A DNA stretch of 63,203 nt, counting the filler. It is 8 parts of 8 records of this genome, joined end to end, with 100 filler letters (N's around TTAATTAATTAA, not from the genome) between each part and the next. Parts side by side here need not be neighbours in the genome. Positions count along the whole stretch, not along the records: positions 46,861 to 63,203 come from SRR7504441_356; 7 more parts are not named here. One strand, written 5' to 3'. Position numbers and translations under genes: made by a program. The notes under the pieces are model-generated. The model saw only the letters and a program-made list of their open reading frames with translations. It was not told the DNA's origin and did no database searches. Of the stretch, positions 55,197 through 63,203 are shown piece after piece. Every line of letters starts with the position of its first letter. The stretch's first letter is position 1.

Positions 55197-57039
55197 TCAT
55201 CGGCGGTTTTCCTTCTCTTTGCTTAGCTTGACTTCTAGCTTGGTCATCCTCTTGGCAAACTGCAAATTGAGCTCCCGCCCCTTGTTCACTTGATCCTTCA
55301 GCTGCCGCGTCTTGAGTTGAGCAATCGCCTAGCCCCCCTCAGCCTAACTCCTGGTGAAACAAGCTTACCTTGTCCTCCTCGGCTTGAGCCCAGCCCATCT
55401 TGGCCTCTATCAGCATCTGCTCTATCCGGGTGATGTGCTCCTGCGTCTCCAGGTCGATCGGCCCTGTCTCCGCCTGCTGCTTCTCCAGCTCCTCAATCCG
55501 CCGCCGCATCTCCTCCTGCCCACCCTCACCACCGCGCACAGTCCAGCTGGTTGCCTTCTCCTCCATCCAATCGGTCTGCTCATCAGCAGCGTCCACACGG
55601 GCCGCTTCCGCCGTGTCCTGCAGCTGCTGCAGCGCCGAGCGCTCCTGCTGCTCCGCAGTGAGCAGTCGGTCCAGATCATCTATCTTGTTGCTCCGCTGCT
55701 CTAGCAGCTCCTGGCAGTCGCGTAGCTTCTCCTTGTAGCTCTGCACCCGGCTCTTGGCCTCGTCCAGCTCCTGCCCTCGCATCTCGAGCATCTCTTGGTA
55801 GTGCCGCTCCAAGCCAGGACTCCCCCCCACGCTCCCCTCCCCCCCACTCTGCCCACATCGCTCACCGCCCGCCCGCCTCGGGCCAGACACCTCTTCCTCA
55901 CCCGCCAGCCGAGCGCGGAGCTCTTCAATCTCTTGCGTCAACAGCCGCTCACTGGCTTCCGCATCGCCCCGCACCGCCTGGTTCTCCGCCTGCAACTTTT
56001 GCACTTCTCTCTCGCTCTCTTCCCGCTGATCACTCCGGCCTTGTCGCTCTTGTTTTAATTGAATCACTGTCGCGGCCGCATCCGCTTGCGCGCGCTCCAG
56101 GTCTGCCTTGACCTGCCACCACGCTCAACCCTCCCGGGCTGTGCGTGGCTCACCTGCGACAGCTGCTGTTTCAGGCCAGCAGCGAGCTCGGTGGCCTGGG
56201 TCTCCGATTGCAGCAGGTCCCGGTGAGCCGTCTGCAGCCTCAGGATCTCGGCCTGGGCCTGATCCAGGCTCTCGCTGGTTGAAGCCTGAGCTGTAGAGGT
56301 GCCCGACGCCTGCAGCGCCTGTTAGTCACCAGTGGTTCGCTCAGACAGCCACCGCTATCGACAGCTCAGTGTTCTGTCTGCGCAGGTCCGAGATCAATTC
56401 CTCTTGCTCGGACACCCGCTCCTCCAGCTGCTGTACCCGCCCCCCCGCCGCAGCCTGGCTCACATTGGCCGCCCCGTCCACCGGGGTCGGCTGGAGCGCG
56501 TCCTCCTCGTCGCCAATTGACCCAAACGACATCTGGCTGCCATCGTCCATCGCAGACAAGTCGCTCATGTCGCTCGGAGCGTCGTCACCGCTGGGGGCTA
56601 TGAATTTGCACGCGATGGTCACCGAAAGCTCGCCGGCGCCCCCGGGCTGGTCTTTGCTCTTGCCCAGCCCCGCCGGCTGCAGCTTGTAGGTGATGCTGCG
56701 AGTCTCGTCCATGCCCGTAAAATCGGCCAAATTGAGTCTAATCTCGCCCACGGTCTTGCGCTTCTTCTTCTCCTTGCAACAGAGCTTGGCGCTCTTCTCC
56801 TGGTATTTGCCCGTCGGTGACTTATACATAGTGCACATCAGTGAGAGCCTCTCGCCCCAGAACGCCTGCCCGTTCGGGTCGCTGGTCGTCTCCTTGGTCA
56901 TGGCCACTTTAGGCCCGCGGGTGAGGAATACGTAGATGCTCTCGCCCGCTGGCATCGCCGCCGCGCTAATCACGTCGATGTCGTATTGAAACTTTTGGGC
57001 CTGCAGCCCGCCGAACTTTTTGCGCTCGATCTTGGCCAT
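55197..57039 (-). CDS. NT-C2 (EEIG1/EHBP1-type C2) domain coiled-coil protein, multi-exon
   Basis: KFQYDIDV...LTRGPKVAMT...FWGERLSLMCTMYK...YQEK...VGEIRLNLADF. Long coiled coil. Last exon AIAQLK...FAKRMTKLEVKL..RR* ends at 55197. Confidence 0.82.
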
Positions 57040-57227
57040 CGCCCCGGCTCCGCCAGAACCAGCCGGCTACTCCGGCTGTTGTGCTGCTGCGGGGCGCGAC
57101 GCTGCCCGTCCTGCGGCGCTCTGCGGGTCAACGCCAAATGCTTGCGCGGCCAAAAGCTGCGGGCTTCGGGCTCGGAAGTCGGATGATGATAACGGAAGTC
57201 GTGCAGCCGGCTGAGTCAGCCAAGAGT

Positions 57228-58637
57228 ATGCTCAGCCGCCTGTCCTCCGCGCTCACCCGCGCCGCGCCCTTTGCCCGGATGGCCGGCGCCTCGGCCCGTC
57301 GGCCCATCTCGACCGCCGGCTGCTCCGGCTTCCTGCTCGCTGCCGCCACAGGCACCCCGGCTTGACCGCGCCGTGGAACAATTGGGGGGGGGGCAGGCGG
57401 GTCGGTAGCCATTTCTCAATGCGGCAGCGGCCCGGACTACGGGGCGATTCGGGACGAGATCGAGGCAATCATGGAGGACGAGAATTCCTACAACCCCTCG
57501 GTGGACAACGCGCCGGTGCCTCCCCCCCGGGAGCCGCCCGAGAATTGGCCAGGGCGTGCTGAGCGGCGGCGGAGACATCGGCCCGGTCCTGGTGCGGCTG
57601 GCGTGGCACTGCGCTGGGACCTGGGACAAGGACGCGCAGAACGGCGGCTCGGATGGCGCCACAATGCGCTTCTCGCCGGAAGCTGACCATGGCGGCAACG
57701 CGGGCCTCGGGCACGCCAGAAACCTGCTCGAGCCAGTCAAGGCCAAGCACCCAGAGATCTCGTACGCCGACCTGTACATCTACGCCGGCAAGGTCCGCCC
57801 GGGTTTGAGGCCGGGCTGAGGCTCGAAACAGGTGGCAATAGAGGCTATGGGAGGACCGGACCTCCCGTTCCATGCGGGCCGGACTGATGCCTCCGCTGGG
57901 CGGGGTGGCGCGCCTGACACGTTCCCGAAGGGCGTGCACTCGCCGGATGGCCGTCTGCCGGACGGCGACAAGGGCGCCGGGCACATCCGAGACATCTTCT
58001 ACCGGTGTGTCAGCTTGTAGGCCTCGGCTGAGCGTGCGGTAGGATGGGCTTCAATGATCAGGAGATCGTAGCGCTCTCGGGGGCGCACTGCCTCGGCCGG
58101 TGCCACACCGACCGGTCCGGGTTCTGGGGCCCATGGTCCAAGTCGCCCTCTACCTTCTCCAACGAGTACTACCGGTGCCCAGGCGTGGCTGGTGCAGGCT
58201 GACTGTTTGATTGAAGGCTGCTTCTCGAGGAGAAGTGGAGCCCCAAGACCACGCACAACGGCAAGCCGTGGGGCGGTGGCCCGGCCGTGCTTGACCGGCG
58301 TGAGCCCCGGCTGCAGCGTCGAACCCTCAGCTGGAAAACTCTGACGGCTCTCTGATGATGCTTTACACTGACATCGCACTGATCCAGGATGCTGCCTTCC
58401 GGGTGCGCAATTAATCGCCGTCAGGCTCGCATGTGGCGGTCGGCTTAATGCGGCTGTGTGCAGCCTTGGGTCGAGAAGTACGCCGCTGACGAGGAACTCT
58501 TTTTCAAGGATTATGCCAAGGCTTGGACCAAGCTGACTGAGCTCGGGTGCGATGGCAAGCTTGGCGGCGGCAGCTCGGGCCCGGTCGTGCTCGGCGCAGC
58601 GCTCGGCACTGCTGTGGCGCATTGGATGACCAAGTAG
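57228..58637 (+). CDS. Cytochrome c peroxidase (class I heme peroxidase), mitochondrial presequence; 7 introns, the first GC-AG (57352-57396)
   Basis: Distal [39 protein letters not shown], proximal [18 protein letters not shown] (Trp191 equivalent), [24 protein letters not shown]. Confidence 0.92.
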
Positions 58638-58942
58638 ACTGCTCGGACTCGCACCAGTCAGCAGCCCTATGCTGCTGGTTGGCTCAGGCTGAAGATGTCT
58701 GCCTACGCGTGCACGCGCTCATTGCATATTGATAGCTGCTGTGCACGTCTTGGTGACTCGCATCAATCATTGGGGCCCCTCATGAGTTCTTTAGAATCAC
58801 CTCTTGTCATATCTCACTCCTCTAGTGGGCACCCTTGGACACGATAGTATCTGGACATCTTTGAACATTAAACTGAATTGACAGCATGCGAGCTGCTCTA
58901 ACATAATCCTAAAACCACGGTTTATGCATTAGTGTGACTGTG

Positions 58943-60091
58943 CTAAATGTCATAGATGCTCACCGAGGCAATTTGACCATTGTTCATGATCTCTAAAATC
59001 AGCCCGGACTGACCAAAATTAAATCCGTAGAACTTGGTTGCCCCAAACGGACTCACAGCCGTCTGCGCTGAATTGAGCACAGGCCTGCCGCCTGTCCCAG
59101 CCAGTCAGCGGCGGTACGCGGCAGCATCCTCACCAGACAGCTCACCGACCAGAGCCTCGGCTTCAGCCCATTCCATCTCAGGAGTGATCGGCTCAGGCTC
59201 GCCTGCAGGCCAACATCAGACTATCCGGGCAGTTCGGGCAGTACCCGGGATGGAGATCTCAAAGTGGCACTTTTCGTACTGATTGAAGTCTGTGTGCCCG
59301 GGCTGGTTGCAGTGCATGATCAGCTTTTTGACCTTGTGCGTGGCCCCGCACAGCCCAATATCCAGCCCGAGCCCAAAGTAGTTGTACAGATAGTCCTGCG
59401 GCCACTGGGCCAGCTGGTCCGCGGCCACCCGCTTGTGGCACTCGCCATCCGGCCGCCCGAGCTTCATATGCACATCCTGCACTGAGACTCCAAACTCCAA
59501 GCACGTATCCAGCACCTGGAATGCGCCACGCGGCAGCAGCGTCACCGTCACTCGCACCTCCGGCGTGCGCGCCGGCCCGGTCTGGTCTGCGGAGCTCACC
59601 ACGAGTTGCGTGGCGGTGGGAGTGCTGCCGTCGGGGAACTCTAGCGGTAGCCGGTCTGTATCGCGATAAAGCTTAGCGAACTCTCGAGGGATTGGGAAGA
59701 GCAGACTCAGACCCGGGTACCGCAATGCGTACCCAGCCGACAGCAGCTGCCCTGGGAAGGTTGGGCCGAGCATCTCGTATACCGCTGCGAAGGTGGGCAC
59801 CGCTGCATCCCCGCTGAGGCTGACGCCTTGGTAGGTCAACCGAAGCTTGGCAGGGTCAGTGACGGTTATGCTGACCAGCCGCTGGTTCACCGGGTCGAAC
59901 AGCAGCTCCAGATGGTGCGGCGGGCAGGCCAGAACGATCCCAGGCTCTGCAGGGCTTTGTTCGGGGTATCGGAGCTCGAGCGCGGCCCCCGGGAGAGCTT
60001 GGAGCGCCGGGATCGCCTCCCTGATCTTGTCGCCGAGCGTGAACGGGCCGAGCCCCCGACCCGGGTGCACACTAAAGCTGTGGGCGCTCAT
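58943..60091 (-). CDS. UPF0183 / PHAF1 (C16orf70)-like protein, 2 introns
   Basis: VHPGRGLGPFTLG, LLFDPVNQRL, PTFAAVYEMLGPTFPG, YPGLSLLFPIP, LEFPDGSTP, DYLYNYFGLGLDI, VKKLIMHCNQPGHTDFNQYEKCHF, and C-terminal FGATKFYG...LEIMNNGQIASVSIY. Confidence 0.88.
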
Positions 60092-60437
60092 CGGGAGCTA
60101 CAGCATCCTGCGGCTATCGTGAGCCCATGAGAGAGAGCAAGCTTGTTCGGATTGGAAAACACTTGACAGACTGATGGGCAGTGATGGGCGCGGCTATGAA
60201 CGTATCGACGTACTTGTGACAGTACTCGGATGAAGCTTATATGAAGCTAGATCTACCGGTACGTACTAGAGTTACACACGCATAATGATTCATGATCACG
60301 TACTTACTTCATACTCGTACCCGTATGCTTTTTAAGTCATCACCGACGAGCATTAGACGAGCATCAGAACGAACTACAAGGATAACATAACAATAACAAT
60401 GCAATCACGTGCTATGACATCCTTGCTGCGGAAGCGC

Positions 60438-62839
60438 CTAGTCTCCGCCTCTCTTCTTGCCGCCTCTCTTCTTGCCACCTCGCGATTTCCGCCCACCGCC
60501 ACCACCACCTTGCTGCCCTCCGTGCTGACCACCACCGCCTTGCTGCCCTCCGTGCTGACCACCACCACGTTGCTGGGCTCCATGCCCGCCGTGTTGCTGG
60601 GCCCCATGCCCACCATTAATCCGTCCATTCGGCTGCGGCAGCTGGTTGTGCTTGTCGCCCACCGGCCAGCCGCTCTCCTGCTGCCGGCCCTGTTGCCTAT
60701 TTGTCTCAAAGTGCACATTCACCTCTGGCAGCAGCGCCCGGAACGCCGACTGCCAGTCTTCCTGCCCACCCGCCCCGGATCCGTTCGCAGCTCCGATCTG
60801 CTCTGCTCCCCACAGTGACCCGCCATACCCTGGGTCAGCTTGCGAGCTACTCCCCCAGAGAGAAAACTGATTGCCTGCAAATACTGTGCTTGGGCCGTTC
60901 CCTCCTGGAGGACCAAACACGGACCCGGCAGAGCTCGGCTGTTGCTGCCCTGCCCAGCTGTCGTTTGCAGGCCACAGCCCTCCCCCGATGGGAGCCGGCG
61001 CCAGGCCAGGAGGCGCAGACTCCGCAGCTGGACGTGACTGCAATACACACACGTCAGATAGATAGCACACAACAAGCCAAGGCTGACGGCAGATTGAGCG
61101 GCCGTGCAAGTCATCATTTTGTATTCCGGTTTCAGGGCAGACTAAGACAACAGCTCGGCTAGGGCCAGCCGCCTCCTAGCCTCCTTGGGGAGGCCCAGAT
61201 GCGGCTGGTCCATCACCGCTCTGGGTCTAAGGGGCCTCTCAAAGAACACAAACTATTGAATGAATAATCCTCTGACTCTTAGACAGCTGGCCTTTAGGGG
61301 GGGGGATGCCACCTGGCTGATAGCAAAAGCGCTGAACAGCGAATTAGTGTTGAGTGCCGCGTTGGCTGCGGAGGCCACCGGATCCACAGACTCGCTTGGC
61401 TGGCCGCTGGTTTGCCACGGTCCTCCAACTGAGTGCCCTGCCGCGGTGATCAGCCAGACACGAGCCAGAGCTCTCACTCGGTGCCGGGATGGCTGGCTGA
61501 ACCTCCGGTCTCTGGATCTGACTGGCGGGAGTCTCCTGTGGCTGTGGGGCCGCCGCATGCCAGCCTGCATCGCTCGAGTCACGCATGCTTAGGGGAGACG
61601 CCCACCGTTAGGGACCGCCTGTGCAGCCTTGGTCGGAGGCGGCAGCGGGGCAGGCAGCTCGACAGCCCCAGCTGCCCGGCCGTTGGGCACGATACCTGCC
61701 CGACCGTCAGGTGCGATTGGGCTCAGGTGTGACCATTAGTCTGGTTCTGCTGCTCTGCGAGTGCTGGGTTGAACTGTGGATGTGTCTTATCATGGAAGTC
61801 TGCCCTGGTGCGGGCGTCTTGCGTCTTGGAGAGCTGAGCTCGGAGGTATGTGTCCACGTCTTCCTGCACCTCGTGCAAGTACATGCAATCCGGGTTGTTG
61901 CATTCAGCCCCCCTCAGGAAACTGTGACAATACCTGCCCCTAGCCTCGACCCTGCTCAGCTCAAGGGAGCTACTTTGTAGTGCCAAACGAGCAGCGAAGC
62001 ACGTGGCCCTCATGCGTGGTGTTGTCCATCTGTCGACCATTATCACGGCCGGTCGGGACGCGGCCGGCTACATGCTTGATCGCTTTGAGCGCCTCCTCGT
62101 GTCGAGAGTACGTCACGTATGCACTCACCTGCTGCACGCTCGCCCCAATCGTCGACGGCCGCGGCCAGCACCGTGGGCCCATGCGACGACCCGCTGTTGT
62201 ACTGCACAGTCCGGTTGGCCACACACTGTAGCCCCAAGTCAGCACACCCAGGCGGCAGCGCCCACCACCTTAATTATCTTGCCAAAGGGCTTAAACCACT
62301 TCGGTCCTGCCAGGATCTGGCCAGGCCCACTGAGCCACCGAGACTTTCTGGTGGCACCTCGTCGTGTGCGTACTTGTACGGCACCCCAGTAACGTAGACC
62401 AGATTGCGTTGGATCACTCGCACCTGTCGCGAGGGTCGGCCGGGCGACACCGAGGGGCCAGCGCACGTTGGCCAGGCTCTCTAGCGAGTGCTGCTGCTTC
62501 TGCTGCTGCTTTTCGCTACGCTCCCTGTGCTTTTGATTCTCGCGATCCTCCCGCAGCCTGAACCTGGCTCGTGCGTTGCGGGCGCGGCATACGCACTTGG
62601 TGAGGTCTTGCTGCTCGTACACAGGCTCCTGGTCCTTGTATGGCGCCCGGCAGCCCGGGCAATGTCCGTTCCCGTCCTCGTTCAACCGGACGTAGCAGAA
62701 CGGGCATACCTGCAACCGGCACTCTGAGCCGGGCGCTGCCTGTCGGCTGCGAGGCCTGGTAGCGACATCGGCAGGGGAAGAAGCCACGGTCGGACGGGTC
62801 GAGCTCCTCGGCGCAGAGTGGGCAGACTGGGTCGTCCAT
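60438..62839 (-). CDS. CNOT4: CCR4-NOT subunit NOT4 (C4C4 RING + RRM + CCCH), many introns, the first GC-AG (62710-62755)
   Basis: CPLCAEELD..D..FFPCRCRYQ|VCPFCY...GHCPGCRAPY, LAN|VRVIQRNLVYVTG, FGKIIK, SAYVTY, LRCSFGTTK|YCHSFLRG.ECNNPDCMYLHE. Gly/Gln-rich tail. Confidence 0.92.
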
Positions 62840-63203
62840 CGTCGGCAGGTGCTACCGGTGTCGACAGTGATGCGCTGGGATACTGAAGGGGACGGCTGGA
62901 TCGACTACGAGGCTTGGATCTCGTCGGCCTGGTACACTCGGGTGCTACCAGGCCTGGTCCGGCTCGCCGCCGTCGGGCATTCTCTTTTCTCAAGCTTCGT
63001 CGTGCTGAACCAGTTGCAATTGAACTGCAGACGGAACCAGTTGCTGAACCCACGTGACCACGGCCACGACGGCCAACCTACCGACCTACTCGTAGATCTA
63101 TCTGTAATCAAGGTACTATCAACCAGATCTACCGGTAGTGCTAGCGCTGTACAAAACATTAGACTAACACTAGACCGCTGTACATGTATTCCGCACGCGC
63201 GCA

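Noticed and set aside
7075..62755. Introner elements (repeated near-identical introns)
   Set aside because: Introns share length and short motifs (GTGCGCC..., GGCTCAC/GGCTGA) but I see no extended identity between them. An all-vs-all intron alignment would be the decisive test.
1..63203. Functional gene cluster (several ubiquitin ligases and redox enzymes close together)
   Set aside because: HECT, U-box and NOT4 are on different contigs joined artificially, so adjacency across spacers is meaningless. Within contigs the functions are unrelated.
1..63203. Alternative genetic code or stop-codon readthrough explaining the broken ORFs
   Set aside because: Breaks in conserved genes resolve as short introns, and TAA, TAG and TGA all terminate conserved genes (RPS6 TAA, SDR TAG, IPO5 TGA).

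Overview
This window is not one locus. It is eight assembly contigs joined by identical 100-nt spacers (N44-TTAATTAATTAA-N44). Seven contigs come from a gene-dense, GC-rich microbial eukaryote (lineage not determinable from this window). It has about 30 protein genes, mostly tiny 37-50 nt spliceosomal introns, many head-to-head gene pairs separated by only about 50-200 bp, and one tRNA-Val(AAC). The eighth contig (37261-42676) is a complete phiX174 genome carrying the gene E amber mutation, i.e. laboratory spike-in contamination rather than biology. Clearly recognisable genes include RPS6, a HECT E3 ligase, ADHFE1/HOT, importin-5, dynein light chain, NOT4, cytochrome c peroxidase, calpain, a peroxisomal enoyl-CoA isomerase, a zeta-crystallin-like reductase and a PARP6/8/16-like mono-ADP-ribosyltransferase. 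The most interesting signals are: (i) a YAACGG (MYB-type) element in about 12 promoter regions, mainly short bidirectional ones; (ii) a probable ICE1 (little elongation complex) homologue in a protist; (iii) unusual architectures (Stc1-like zinc fingers+ankyrin+HECT; SIM+PARP+UBA with an inserted beta-domain; DIX+clathrin-type motifs); (iv) tiny introns with weak splice signals and several GC-AG introns; (v) bacterial-type genes that have acquired introns. All homology calls are from motif recognition, not database searches. Exon structures were inferred by eye.
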